Notes under the pieces: generated by a model
Database searches by the model: none
Told to the model about the DNA's origin: nothing
The model's input: only the letters and a program-made list of their open reading frames with translations
Translations under genes and position numbers: made by a program
Shown: positions 19,924 to 29,956 of the stretch, one piece after another
Numbering within the stretch: the first letter of the stretch is position 1
Layout of the letters: each line of letters starts with the position of its first letter
Origin: Candidatus Sericytochromatia bacterium
GTDB taxonomy: Bacteria > Cyanobacteriota > Sericytochromatia > S15B-MN24 > UBA4093
Direction of reading: 5' to 3'
Assembly: GCA_036676985.1 (NCBI GenBank)
Contig: JAKFBU010000073.1
Span: 32,001 to 96,000, forward strand
Length of the DNA stretch: 64,000 nt

Positions 19924-20158
19924 GACGCTTGCATTCTGGTCGGTGAGGTGAGAACGAGGCGCATGAAGCGGCAGGTTGCTCTGCGTGAAAATCGACGGAA
20001 TTATATCACCGAGGCGCCAGCCTGGCTACCGACCGCCTCTAGGGCACAGCGATCGGGTAGGGGCACGATGGATCGGACCTTGTAGCGTTTGCCCCCCGCG
20101 AGAAGCTGCTACGCCGCCGTTTCGCGTTCACTGGAACGGCCGCTTCCCAGCGTAAGCG

Positions 20159-20539
20159 CTAGAACATTCCATTGTCGTTCTCGGCGGTCTCGGGGACGCG
20201 CTGCAGCACGTCCCAATGCTCGACGATCTTGCCGCGCTCGTCGAAGCGGAAAATGTCCATTCCGGCCCAGTCGGCGTCGCCCGGCCATTCCTGCCGGGTG
20301 TGCAGCACGACCTTGTCTCCCTCGGCCAGCGCGCGGAGGATGTGCACCCGCTTGCCGGGGTACTCCTTCGCCATACGCTGGAAGTAGGCGATGAAGCCTT
20401 CCTTGCCGTCCGGTACCATCGGGTTGTGCTGAAGGTAGCGATCGCCCCCGTAACGGTCCATGGCCTCCTCCGGCTGGCAGTCGTTGAACATCAGCTCGTA
20501 GAAGGCGATCGCGTTGCGCTTGTTTTCTTCCGGGTTCAT
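20159..20539 (-). CDS. SnoaL-like / NTF2 family protein
   Basis: YLQHNPMVPDGKEGF, AEGDKVVLH, DIFRFD..GKIVEHWDV. Confidence 0.9.
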   Translation of the reverse strand: MNPEENKRNAIAFYELMFNDCQPEEAMDRYGGDRYLQHNPMVPDGKEGFIAYFQRMAKEYPGKRVHILRALAEGDKVVLHTRQEWPGDADWAGMDIFRFDERGKIVEHWDVLQRVPETAENDNGMF

Positions 20540-20745
20540 GTCTTCCCTTCCATCTCACCCCAAGGCAGCTGACGGGCATCGAGAAAGGCCGCCACGAATG
20601 CCGTACCGCCCAACGGCAGCGAGGTGGCCTGCTCGGCGACCTCGACGCCAGAATAGACCTGGCCATGCCTTTTCTATAATCGAATGACCCCATTCCTTGC
20701 AGCCGGTTACGACAAGCCTCGGTCCGAGAGCCCCCTTGATCCCGA

Positions 20746-20772
20746 AAGCCCAGGGAGCAACTCCCTGGGCTT
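20746..20772 (-). terminator. Intrinsic terminator of the SBBP gene
   Basis: AAGCCCAGGGAG-caa-CTCCCTGGGCTT. Confidence 0.7.
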
Positions 20773-20792
20773 ACGGCGGTTTGGGTGGCCCT

Positions 20793-22460
20793 CTAATTCA
20801 CGATGCGGACGGAATCCGTTCCTTGGAAGGGAAGGGCATCGTTGGTCTGGCCTTCGAGGGTTGCGTCGGTGTCGGTTGAGGTCAACAGCAGATCCCGGGT
20901 GGGGAACTGGGCGACCATGTCGAGCCGGCCATCGCCGTTGACATCCTGGAGTGAAACCTGGAAGGTCCCGTTCTTGTTCTGGTTGATGGACGCTCCCTCC
21001 AGGGTGACGGAAGCCGGATCGACCTCGGTGGCATCGAAGTCCTCGCTGCCGAGGATGGCGACTGGCACGCTGCCGTTGGATTTCAGGTTGAGGCTATTGG
21101 GGAAGGTGCCGGGCTTGATGTCGATGACGGCCTCGACGATCGACGCCTCCTTGAGCAGCTTGGCGACAAAGGCGTCGAACCCACCCGGGTCGCTCGTGGT
21201 GCCTGCGACATAAATGCCCGAAGCCTCGACGGCGATACCTTCAGCCGCTTGGAAAAAGGCCGTGCCGAATTGTCGGGTCCATACCTCGTTCCCGGTGACA
21301 TCATACTTGCGCACATAGGCATCGCTGCCCCCTGAGCTGGTTTGCCCGGGCAAGGCGCCGCCTGCACGGCCTGCGAGATACACCCCGGTCGCATTGATGG
21401 CAATACCATCAGCTTGGTCAAGGCCGGACGAACCGAACTGTCGGGTCCAATCCTCGTTGCCATTGGCGTCGTACCTCCGGGCAAAGGCATCCCGCCCCCC
21501 TGAGCTGGTTTGCCCGGACAGGGTTCCGTCGGTTAGGCCTGCGAGATATACGCCGGTCGCATCGGCTGCAACACCCTTCACTTGGTCATGGTCCGCAGAA
21601 CCGAACTGCCGGGTCCAGAGCTCATCTCCGCTCACGTCATACTTCCGGACAAACGCATCGAACCCTCCGGAATTGCTCTCCGGAAGAAAGACCCCGCTCG
21701 CGGTTCCTGCCACGTACACACTGCCGCCATCAGCGGTCACGGAAAAGGCGGCATCCGAACCACCGGTTCCAAACTGTCGCGTCCAAACCTCGTTGCCATT
21801 GGCATCGTATTTGCGGATATAGGCATCCGAGCTGAAGAGACCGAATTTGGCTTGCCCTGGCAGCGTACCGAACGTTTGTCCCACGACATACACGTGGTTG
21901 GTGTCGTCGAGGGAGATGCTGACGGCGTCCTCGAAGTCGAGCGTCCCGAATTGTCGGGTCCAGACCTCGTTGCCGTTGACGTCGTATTTGCGGACGTAGG
22001 CGTCGCTGCCGCCGAAAGCCGTTTGTCCCGGCAAGGCAGCGCTTGTCGTGCCTACCACATAACTGTTCCCGGTGGCGTCGGTGACAACGCCTCTGGCGTG
22101 ATCGTCGGAGGACGAGCCGAACTGTCGCGTCCAGACCTCGTTTCCGTCCCCGTCATATCGTCGGACGTAGGCATCGCTGCCGCCGGAAGCCGTTTGTCCG
22201 GGCAAGGTGCCGAACGTCAGTCCAACGACCGTTATGGCGTTGGCCACGGCGTAAACACCAAAGGCCTCGTCCTGGAAAGTTGTTCCGAACTGTCGGTTCC
22301 AGGCGATATCTCCTGCTTGCATGGGACTGGCCTGTAGCTTGAACCCTTTCTTGCCATCGAGCCCGTCCCTCGAGGTGGGGGCAAGAGTGGGGGTCATCTG
22401 GTAGCACCCCGAGATGGCGGTTGCCAGTGCCGTTGCGACGATCAGGCGAAAAGTCTTCAT
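20793..22460 (-). CDS. SBBP-repeat beta-propeller lipoprotein
   Basis: Lipobox ISGC; about 7 repeats of DAYVRKYD.NGNEVWTRQFG; C-terminal IDIKPG..PNS.N...DVNGDGRLD module. Confidence 0.85.
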   Translation of the reverse strand: MKTFRLIVATALATAISGCYQMTPTLAPTSRDGLDGKKGFKLQASPMQAGDIAWNRQFGTTFQDEAFGVYAVANAITVVGLTFGTLPGQTASGGSDAYVRRYDGDGNEVWTRQFGSSSDDHARGVVTDATGNSYVVGTTSAALPGQTAFGGSDAYVRKYDVNGNEVWTRQFGTLDFEDAVSISLDDTNHVYVVGQTFGTLPGQAKFGLFSSDAYIRKYDANGNEVWTRQFGTGGSDAAFSVTADGGSVYVAGTASGVFLPESNSGGFDAFVRKYDVSGDELWTRQFGSADHDQVKGVAADATGVYLAGLTDGTLSGQTSSGGRDAFARRYDANGNEDWTRQFGSSGLDQADGIAINATGVYLAGRAGGALPGQTSSGGSDAYVRKYDVTGNEVWTRQFGTAFFQAAEGIAVEASGIYVAGTTSDPGGFDAFVAKLLKEASIVEAVIDIKPGTFPNSLNLKSNGSVPVAILGSEDFDATEVDPASVTLEGASINQNKNGTFQVSLQDVNGDGRLDMVAQFPTRDLLLTSTDTDATLEGQTNDALPFQGTDSVRIVN

Positions 22461-22701
22461 GATTGTCTCCATGGCGGTGCGATGTTTTCGTGTCACGCCA
22501 GCACGATACGCGTCGAGCCATCTCTCGAGCTAGAGGCAAGCGAGCAAGGACTGTGGGCAAACGGAACAAGACGATGATCCCTGACACGGGGTGGGGGCTG
22601 TTCGACGCGATCCCCTCCGTGAACGCGCCGCATCATGCCCTTCCGAGCCAACGCCTCGGCGATCGCCGGTGCCCCACCTGTCGACGACAGGGCGTTGACA
22701 C

Positions 22702-24918
22702 TTGGTGAGGACCTCGTCCTTGTGGCATGATGAGGAGGACGAGGAATCCACCGTGCCCGAAACACCCAATCCCTCCGATCGACTCGCGCATGACGGCGAA
22801 CGGCGCGATCGCTTGAGCCTCATCGAGGGCCGCTTCCGCGCCCTGATGCTCGCGACCTCCCAGATCGCCTGGACCGCGAATGCGCAAGGCGAGAGCGACA
22901 CCAACCTCGGGATGTGGCAGGCCTTCACCGGACAGACCGATGCAGAGGTCAAGGGCACCGGGTGGCTCGAAGCCGTCCACCCGGAAGACCGGGAGCGTAC
23001 CCGAGAAGCGTGGGACCTCGCCGTCGCAACCCGTTCCATCTACGACACCGAGTACCGCCTGAGGCGCTACGACGGCACCTACCGCTGGTTCTCGGTAAGG
23101 GGAGTGCCCGTCCTGGACGTGGCGGGCAACGTGCTGGAGTGGGTCGGCATCAGCCGGGACATCGACGAGGAGAAGCGGACGCTCGATCGGCTCCGTCAGA
23201 GCGAGAGCAACCTGGCCGTGGCCCAGTCCATCGCACACCTCGGGAGCTGGGACTGGGACATCGCCACGGGCCGCACCAGATGGTCGGAAGAAATGTTCCG
23301 CATCCACGGCCTCGAACCCGGTGAGCAGAGCCCGCCCTACGAGAGCATCCTTGCCATGATCCATCCCGAGGACCGGCACGTGGTGACCGCTGCGGTTCAG
23401 GTGCAACTGGAGCGCGACCGGCACGACACCGAGTGGCAATCCGTCCCCTTGGAATACCGAATCGTGCGCCCCGACGGAAGTGTCCGCTGGGTCGTCGGCA
23501 AGTCCATCACCACCTACGCGTCGGATGGTCGCCCCATTCGCAACCGGGGAACCCTACAGGACATCACCGAGCGCAAGCAGGCGGAGCAGGCCCTGGCCCG
23601 GAGTGCCGGACGCCTCAGGATCCTCTCGGAAGCCTCTCGCCTCTTCGCCGAGGCCCCGCCGGACCTCCTCGCCCTGCTGGACACGATCGCGCGCCACATC
23701 GCCGAGGTGATCGGCGGGGCCGTGAGCACCTTCCTGATCTCCGAGGACGGTCGACACCTGGACAACGTGTCGGTCTATCATCCGGACCCGGACCTGAACG
23801 ACTACTACCGCCGATTTCTCCAGGACCATCCGCTGCGCCTGGACGCGGGGCTCAGCGGAAAGGTCTTTCAAAGCGGGGAAACGCTTTTTCTTCCGGTGGC
23901 GTCGGCCGATCTCCAGCGCTCTCTCGTCAGGACCGACTACTGGCCCCTGATCGAGCACATGAAGGTGCAGGGCCTGACGGCCGTCCCCCTCAAGGTGCGC
24001 GGCCGAACGATAGGAATCCTGTTCAGCCTGCGCACCGGGGAGACGTCCCATGCCCAGACCCCGGAGGATCTCGACCTGCTGAGAGACCTAGCCGATCGCG
24101 CCGCGCTGGCAATCGACAGCGCCCGCCTCATCGAGACCCTCGAGCAACGCGTGCGCGAACGGACCGCGGAGCTCGAGGCCGCCTACGAGCATCTCAAGGA
24201 GCTCGACCGACTCAAGAGCAACTTCGTCAACTCGGTCACCCACGAGCTCCGGACGCCCTTGACGTCGATCATCGGCTACACGGAGTTCCTCGAGGACGAG
24301 ATCGGCGGCCCCGTCACGCCCATGCAGCGGGAGTTCGTGACGCAGATCGAGCGCGGCGCGCGGAGGCTCGAGTACCTCCTGAACGACCTGCTCGACTTCG
24401 CCCGGCTGGAGGCCGGAACCTTCAAACTGAGGCTCGAGTCCGCCTCCTTCTCCGACAAGGTCCGGGAGGTGGTCGAGAGCCTCAAGCCCCAGGTCGACGA
24501 AGCCAGGCTCAGGCTGGAGGTGTCCCTCCCCGAGGAGCCGTTGATCCTGCGGATGGATCCGCAACGCATCGGCCAGGTGCTGATCAACCTGCTCGGCAAC
24601 GCCCTCAAGTTCACTCCGGCCGAGGGACGGATCCAGGTGCGGGCCCGCCTCGAGCAAGAGCGGCTCCTTTGCGAGGTCGAGGACACGGGGCCAGGCATCG
24701 CGCCCGAGGACATCCCCAAGCTGTTCCAGCGGTTTCGCCAGCTGGACGCCGGAGTCTCGAAGGGCAAGGGGACCGGCCTGGGGCTCTCGATCAGCAAGGC
24801 CCTGGTCGAAGCCCACGGTGGGGCGATCGGGGTCCGCAGCGAGCTGGGGAAGGGGAGCACCTTCTGGTTCGAGTTGCCCCTCGATCCGGAGGCCGCGCGA
24901 ACGGAGCACGCCGCCTGA
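22702..24918 (+). CDS. PAS-PAS-GAF sensor histidine kinase
   Basis: Two PAS_3 domains (VHPEDR, EYRLRRYDG, GSWDWD, DITERK), GAF, HELRTPL, NALKFT, DTGPGI, GTGLGL; start uncertain (possibly GTG 22753). Confidence 0.92.
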   Translation: MVRTSSLWHDEEDEESTVPETPNPSDRLAHDGERRDRLSLIEGRFRALMLATSQIAWTANAQGESDTNLGMWQAFTGQTDAEVKGTGWLEAVHPEDRERTREAWDLAVATRSIYDTEYRLRRYDGTYRWFSVRGVPVLDVAGNVLEWVGISRDIDEEKRTLDRLRQSESNLAVAQSIAHLGSWDWDIATGRTRWSEEMFRIHGLEPGEQSPPYESILAMIHPEDRHVVTAAVQVQLERDRHDTEWQSVPLEYRIVRPDGSVRWVVGKSITTYASDGRPIRNRGTLQDITERKQAEQALARSAGRLRILSEASRLFAEAPPDLLALLDTIARHIAEVIGGAVSTFLISEDGRHLDNVSVYHPDPDLNDYYRRFLQDHPLRLDAGLSGKVFQSGETLFLPVASADLQRSLVRTDYWPLIEHMKVQGLTAVPLKVRGRTIGILFSLRTGETSHAQTPEDLDLLRDLADRAALAIDSARLIETLEQRVRERTAELEAAYEHLKELDRLKSNFVNSVTHELRTPLTSIIGYTEFLEDEIGGPVTPMQREFVTQIERGARRLEYLLNDLLDFARLEAGTFKLRLESASFSDKVREVVESLKPQVDEARLRLEVSLPEEPLILRMDPQRIGQVLINLLGNALKFTPAEGRIQVRARLEQERLLCEVEDTGPGIAPEDIPKLFQRFRQLDAGVSKGKGTGLGLSISKALVEAHGGAIGVRSELGKGSTFWFELPLDPEAARTEHAA

Positions 24919-24926
24919 GGGGTGCC

Positions 24927-26006
24927 TCAGGGCATGCGCGCCAGTCTCCGGATGGCGCTGTTACGGGTATCCGTGACGAAAAAGCCGCCCGATCCATCCG
25001 TGATGATGGTCCGCGGCCAGTTGAAGCGGGCCGCCGCTCCGTCCCCGTTCACGAGCCCGGTCTTACCGGGTTCCGTGCCGCCGGCGATCGTGGTCACTGA
25101 GCCTCCGGGCGTCACCCGGCGAATCTTTTGGTTGGTCGCATCGATCACATAGACGTTGCCTTCGCCATCCAGCGCGACACTCGAGGGCCCGCTGAAGCGC
25201 GCCAGGTCGCCATTGCCGTCGGCGTAGCCGCGCGTGCCTCCCGCCAGCACCGTCTTGGTCTGGCCCGCGAGGTTGACGAGCGTCAGGTTGTCGTAGACGC
25301 TGTCGGCCACCACCATGCGTCCATCCGCCGTGAAGGCGAAGCCCGCCGGATTGAAGAACCAGTCGGGCGTCGCATAGGAGACCGTGCCGTCGGCAATCTT
25401 GTAGATGCGCCCATACCAGTCCGACACGTAGAGATGACCGTCCGGACCGAAGGCGAGCGTGGTCGGGATCTTGAACTTCGCCTCGGCAATCGGGCCTATG
25501 GCCGCCCCTTCGGCGGTGGCCTCCGTCGAGCCAGCGAAGGTCGTCACGACGCCCTCGGGCGTCACCTTGCGGATGCGGTGGTTGTACGTGTCGGCCACGT
25601 AGAGGTTGCCGTCCGGCGCCAACGCGATCCCCTCCGGAAAGTGGAACTTGGCGGCGGTACCGGTGCCGTCGAGGTAGCCCCGGGAGTCGCCCGCCCCCGT
25701 CCAGCCGGCGAGCGTCGTCACGGTCCCGGCGGGAGTGATCTTGCGGATGAGGTTGGAGTTGCGATCGGCGACGTAGAGGTTGCCCGAGTCGTCGCGCACC
25801 AGGCCCATCACCCAGCCGATGTCACCCGCAAAGGTGGAGGCCACGTAGGGTCCGGCGGAGTTGCCGGAGACCGAGGGCGTCGGGGAGGCCGAGGGCGTCT
25901 GGCCGTCCGTGGGCGTGGAGGTCGAGGAATTCGGGGCCAGGGGAGTGCAGCCGAGCACCATGAGGGCGGCGACGGTGAGGGCGAGCACGAGGCGGCGACT
26001 GACCAA
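24927..26006 (-). CDS. NHL-repeat lipoprotein
   Basis: Lipobox VLGC; GNLYVAD..NHRIRKVTP.G.VTT.AG repeats; TTG start with SD GGAGG. Confidence 0.85.
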   Translation of the reverse strand: MVSRRLVLALTVAALMVLGCTPLAPNSSTSTPTDGQTPSASPTPSVSGNSAGPYVASTFAGDIGWVMGLVRDDSGNLYVADRNSNLIRKITPAGTVTTLAGWTGAGDSRGYLDGTGTAAKFHFPEGIALAPDGNLYVADTYNHRIRKVTPEGVVTTFAGSTEATAEGAAIGPIAEAKFKIPTTLAFGPDGHLYVSDWYGRIYKIADGTVSYATPDWFFNPAGFAFTADGRMVVADSVYDNLTLVNLAGQTKTVLAGGTRGYADGNGDLARFSGPSSVALDGEGNVYVIDATNQKIRRVTPGGSVTTIAGGTEPGKTGLVNGDGAAARFNWPRTIITDGSGGFFVTDTRNSAIRRLARMP

Positions 26007-26127
26007 TGAGGGGTCCTCCGTATAGCGGGGGCGGCAGCACAACGAGCGCTCGGCCGATGATACCCGAATGACACCCCCTTCGCAAACCAGCTCGGACGGG
26101 TGCTCAAAGCTCCGGATCGAAACGGTT

Positions 26128-26157
26128 CGAGCCCCCCACCGTCCGGTGGGGGGCTCG
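26128..26157. terminator. Hairpin downstream of the Kelch gene
   Basis: CGAGCCCCCCACCG-tc-CGGTGGGGGGCTCG. Confidence 0.6.
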
Positions 26158-26180
26158 CTTACCGTTGGAACGCTCGAGCC

Positions 26181-27695
26181 TCAGGAGGCCGGGGCCATCT
26201 CCGCGCGCTCGATGGTCTTGAGTCGACCGCCGGTCGTATAGCCACCAAAGAGGTAGAAGTACTTGCCGAGGAACATGCCGGTCGCCTTTTCGCGCGTCAC
26301 GGTCAGGTCCACGCCGTTGACAATCGAGAAGCTGCCCACCACGCCGTTGGTGACGGTGGCCGCCTCGACCGAGATCATCCGGGCATCCGTGCCGTCGGTG
26401 CCGCCGACGACGTAGAGCTTGTTGCCAATCAGGCCCCCGACGTGGAAGGCGCGGCCTTCGGTCAGGAACGCGCTCACCACCGTCTCGAAGGCGCCAATGG
26501 TGCCGTCGACGTAGATGGGAGCACGCTCGACCGAGTTCACGGTCGAACCACCCGCGTTCTTGCCGCCGAGAACGTAGAGGTAGTTCCCCGTCACGACGGC
26601 CAGATGACCCTGACGCACCCCGTTCATGGAGCCCACCTCCACGAAGGTCCCGAGCGTGTCGTTGGAGTTGATGGGAGCTCGCTCGACCGTGTTGGTGGCC
26701 GTCGAGCTCTCGTCCAGGCCGCCGAGCACGTAGAGGTAGTTCCCGATCCGCACCGCCTGCCCGAACGTATGGCCCTCGAGCAACTCGCTCTGATAGTTGA
26801 AGGAGCCCGGGACGCCCGACGCGTTGAGGTCGGCCCGCTCGATGCTCTTGAGCGTGCCGCCGTTGCCGACTCCGGCGATGGCGTACAGGCTGTTGCCCGT
26901 GACCAGGGCCATCGCCCCTCGACGAGCGGCCTGAAGGGCCGCGGCGGCCGTCTCGAAGGCGCCAATGACGCCCGTCTGGCTCAAACTCGCCTTCTGGACC
27001 CGGGCATTGATGCCGGTTGCTTCATCGACCCCACCGATCACGTAGGCCGTCGAGGCCGTGGCCGCTACGCAGGCCGAGTCGACCTCCGAGGCGAGGCGAA
27101 AGCTCTCGCCGAGTTCGGCGAAGTCCCCCATGATCGTCGGCGCGGGCGTGGAAAGCGTCACGGGGTCGCCATCGGTGATCGTGACGGCGGCCGCGAGGCT
27201 GCCGGGCGGGGTGGGCGTCGGGAACGGAGTCGGAGTGGGCTCCGGCGTGTAGGTGACGGTGTCTTCCAGCTTGACGGTGATGTCGGCCGTGGCCGTCTGG
27301 TTGGAGACGATGGTGACCGTCTTCGACGCCGCGCCGATGCTCCGGTCCTCGGAGTCGTAAGCCGTCACCGAGACGGTCGCCGCTCCGACCGCGAGATCCG
27401 AGAAGCTGGCGTCTCCGCCCTCCGAGAGCTGGGCCGCCGACAGGGCAACACTCTGGTTGTTGCCACTGGCGGGGTCCACCTCCACGATCACCTCGTCGAC
27501 GTCGGCGGTCGTCGCCTGAGCCTTCAGCTTCGAGAAGTCGCCCTTGACCGTGACCTTGAGGGCTCCCTTGCCGGTCAACGCATCGTTCGCCGAGACCTTG
27601 GTGGCAGAAGGCAGCAAATCGGTACAACCTGGCGTCATGCTCAAGGTGGTGGTCAGGGCCAGCAGGCCCAGGATGGCGATGCGACGCTGTTTCAT
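26181..27695 (-). CDS. Kelch-repeat lipoprotein with N-terminal beta-sandwich
   Basis: Signal peptide ending PGC; PT linker; repeated GNYLYVLGG...VERA Kelch units. Confidence 0.85.
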   Translation of the reverse strand: MKQRRIAILGLLALTTTLSMTPGCTDLLPSATKVSANDALTGKGALKVTVKGDFSKLKAQATTADVDEVIVEVDPASGNNQSVALSAAQLSEGGDASFSDLAVGAATVSVTAYDSEDRSIGAASKTVTIVSNQTATADITVKLEDTVTYTPEPTPTPFPTPTPPGSLAAAVTITDGDPVTLSTPAPTIMGDFAELGESFRLASEVDSACVAATASTAYVIGGVDEATGINARVQKASLSQTGVIGAFETAAAALQAARRGAMALVTGNSLYAIAGVGNGGTLKSIERADLNASGVPGSFNYQSELLEGHTFGQAVRIGNYLYVLGGLDESSTATNTVERAPINSNDTLGTFVEVGSMNGVRQGHLAVVTGNYLYVLGGKNAGGSTVNSVERAPIYVDGTIGAFETVVSAFLTEGRAFHVGGLIGNKLYVVGGTDGTDARMISVEAATVTNGVVGSFSIVNGVDLTVTREKATGMFLGKYFYLFGGYTTGGRLKTIERAEMAPAS

Positions 27696-27904
27696 GGAAG
27701 GTCCTCTCTGCCCGCGGGCATTCGACTCGATACCGAACCTGTCGACGCCGCTCTTGGATCAAGTCAAGCAACCGACCATCCGTACGTTCCCGCAGGCCGT
27801 TTGACTGAAAAGCGAATGAACGAAATCCTTACGAGCCTCACGAAAGTCTCACGCCTCCTGGGGACCCCGTCGCGGCGGGGGCTCGAGCGGAACGATGGCC
27901 GCGA

Positions 27905-28090
27905 GACGGTAGCCCCCTGCCGGTTCGACTTCTGACCTACGACGTGGACCCGGACACGCCTTCGAACGTCGCGGCCATCGTTCCGCTCGATCCCCTCGCC
28001 CAGGGCACCACGTACGACGTTCGAGTCGTCGGGGCGATCGACGGCATGGCGCTGGACCCCTCCTGGACCTTCACGACGTCCGCTCGATAA
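27905..28090 (+). pseudogene. Orphan 3' fragment of a secreted protein (Ig-like C-terminus as in CAP-domain proteins)
   Basis: Frame reads DGSPLPVRLLTYDVDPDTPSNVAAIVPLDPLAQGTTYDVRVVGAIDGMALDPSWTFTTSAR* with no credible start. Confidence 0.5.
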
Positions 28091-28105
28091 GACGGCAGAA
28101 CGCGG

Positions 28106-28780
28106 CTACGCCTGATCGCGGAGCCGTTCGAGTCCGTCGAGAATGAGATCGAACCCGAACAAGAACTCGTTGGCATAGGCGTAGCCGGGCCGCAGGACGT
28201 GCCCCATGGCGAACTCGGTGAGGTGGGGGTACTCGCCGGCGGGCATGTGCTGGAAAAAGGCCGCCATTTCTTTCACCGGCACCTTCGTGGTGTCGAACGG
28301 CAGGCTCAGCTCTTGCAGCGCAAAGCCGTAGATGTAGGTGTCGATGGCCGAATACGCATGGGCCGTCATCTCCAGGGAGAAGCCCGCCTTGCGGATCATG
28401 CCCAGGACCGCGTCGTGGTGACGGAGCGTCGCCGGGCCCGGACGGCGCCGCGACTCCATGAGCCCAATGGCCCAGGGGTGCCGCAAGAGTGCGTCACGGG
28501 CCGAGGTGGCACGCTGGCGCATCGCCTTTCGCCAGTCTTTCTCCTCGGTCGGGAGGTCGATCTCGCTGAACACGACGTCGACCATGCCATCGAGGATCTC
28601 GTCCTTGTTGGCCACGTGGTAGTAGAGCGACATCGCCTCAACCCCGAGCCGCTCTGCGAGCTTGCGCATCGAGAGGGACCCGACGCCCTTCTCGTCGGCT
28701 AGCAACACGGCCGTGCGCATGACCCGCTCCTTGCTCAAAGGGACGCGGGCGTCGGATCCTGGATCGATCGGCGGGGCCAT
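28106..28780 (-). CDS. TetR family regulator (TetR_C class)
   Basis: LSMRKLAERLGVEAMSLYYHVANKDEILDGM, LLRHPWA, FLFGFDLILDGL. Confidence 0.93.
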   Translation of the reverse strand: MAPPIDPGSDARVPLSKERVMRTAVLLADEKGVGSLSMRKLAERLGVEAMSLYYHVANKDEILDGMVDVVFSEIDLPTEEKDWRKAMRQRATSARDALLRHPWAIGLMESRRRPGPATLRHHDAVLGMIRKAGFSLEMTAHAYSAIDTYIYGFALQELSLPFDTTKVPVKEMAAFFQHMPAGEYPHLTEFAMGHVLRPGYAYANEFLFGFDLILDGLERLRDQA

Positions 28781-28814
28781 GGGTCTCCTCTTGGGTCCGA
28801 TGGGGAATCCTAGC

Positions 28815-28855
28815 TTGACATCTTACACCGTAAGGCCTAGTCTTACACTGTAAGG
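28815..28855 (+). promoter_or_regulatory. Sigma70 promoter overlapped by two TetR operator palindromes
   Basis: TTGACA(28815)-17 bp-TAGTCT(28838); CTTACACCGTAAG (28822) and CTTACACTGTAAG (28842). Confidence 0.8.
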
Positions 28856-28925
28856 TCGCTCGTTCGGGCGGGTCCGCTCCCGGTGTCGGGAGGGCACTCA
28901 CCAGGTGAGGAAGGGGACAACATCC

Positions 28926-29906
28926 GTGAAGGCCGCCGTTTATCGTCAGTATGGATCTCCGGACGTGGTGCACCTCGAGGAGGTAGCCAAGCCCGTACCG
29001 AAGGACCACGAGGTCCTGATCCGGATCAAGGCCAGCACCGTATCGTCAGGGGACCGGAGAGCCCGCAGCCTCGACATGCCGGCCGGGTTCGGACTGTTCG
29101 CCCGCCCGGTGTTCGGGATGCTCGGTCCGCGCAGGGGGATCCTCGGCACCGAGCTCGCCGGGGAAATCGAGGCGCTCGGCAAGGCCGTCACGCAGTTCAA
29201 GGTCGGAGACGCCGTGTTCGCGTCCACCGGTTTCGGAATGGGCTGCCACGCGGAGTATCGGACCATGCCCGAAGACGGGGCGCTGGTCCCCATGCCGGCC
29301 GGCGCCAGCTTCGAGGAAGCGGCGGCGATTTCGTTCGGCGGCAACACGGCCCTCCACTATCTGCGCGACCTCGGGCAGATAGCGGCCGGCGACGAGATCC
29401 TGATCATCGGGGCGTCCGGCGCCGTGGGCAGCGCCGCCGTTCAGCTCGCCAGGCACTTCGGAGCCCGGGTCACCGCGGTGACGAGCACCCCGAACCTCGC
29501 ACGGGTGACAACCCTCGGAGCCGATCGCGTCATCGACTACACGCAGGCCAGCTTCCTGGACGACGGCAAGCAGTATGACCTCATCTTCGATACCGTCGGG
29601 AGCACCGAGTATTCCGCCTGCCGAGGCGCGCTGAAGGAAGCCGGACGCCTGTTGCTCTGCGGAGCGAGCTTGCCCCAGATCCTCCGCTCCCAGTTGCATG
29701 CGAGGTCGAGCAAGCACAAGGTCGTCGCCGGGGCGGCCGCGGAGCGCGCGGAAAACCTCCGCTACCTCAAGGATCTGGTCGAATCGGGTCGGTACCGGCC
29801 CCTGATCGACCGTTCATATCCCCTAGAAGACATCGTCGAGGCGCACGCCTACGTCGAAACGGGGCGCAAACGCGGCAGCGTCGTGATCACCATGACGCGG
29901 GCCTGA
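28926..29906 (+). CDS. NAD(P)-dependent MDR / quinone oxidoreductase-like
   Basis: KAAVYRQYGSPDV, GTELAGEIEA, GASGAVGSAAVQLA, GADRVIDYT, GRKRGSVVI. Confidence 0.92.
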   Translation: MKAAVYRQYGSPDVVHLEEVAKPVPKDHEVLIRIKASTVSSGDRRARSLDMPAGFGLFARPVFGMLGPRRGILGTELAGEIEALGKAVTQFKVGDAVFASTGFGMGCHAEYRTMPEDGALVPMPAGASFEEAAAISFGGNTALHYLRDLGQIAAGDEILIIGASGAVGSAAVQLARHFGARVTAVTSTPNLARVTTLGADRVIDYTQASFLDDGKQYDLIFDTVGSTEYSACRGALKEAGRLLLCGASLPQILRSQLHARSSKHKVVAGAAAERAENLRYLKDLVESGRYRPLIDRSYPLEDIVEAHAYVETGRKRGSVVITMTRA

Positions 29907-29956
29907 TCCCCCTGGTCACCACCGGCTCGCCGGCAGCGCTGCGAGGGGAGTGGGCC

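Noticed and set aside
21240-22310. Regularly spaced ~30-nt repeats (e.g. aactgtcgggtcca..cctcgtt) resembling a CRISPR array
   Set aside because: They are in-frame SBBP protein repeats with a ~150-160-bp period and degenerate third positions; no cas genes
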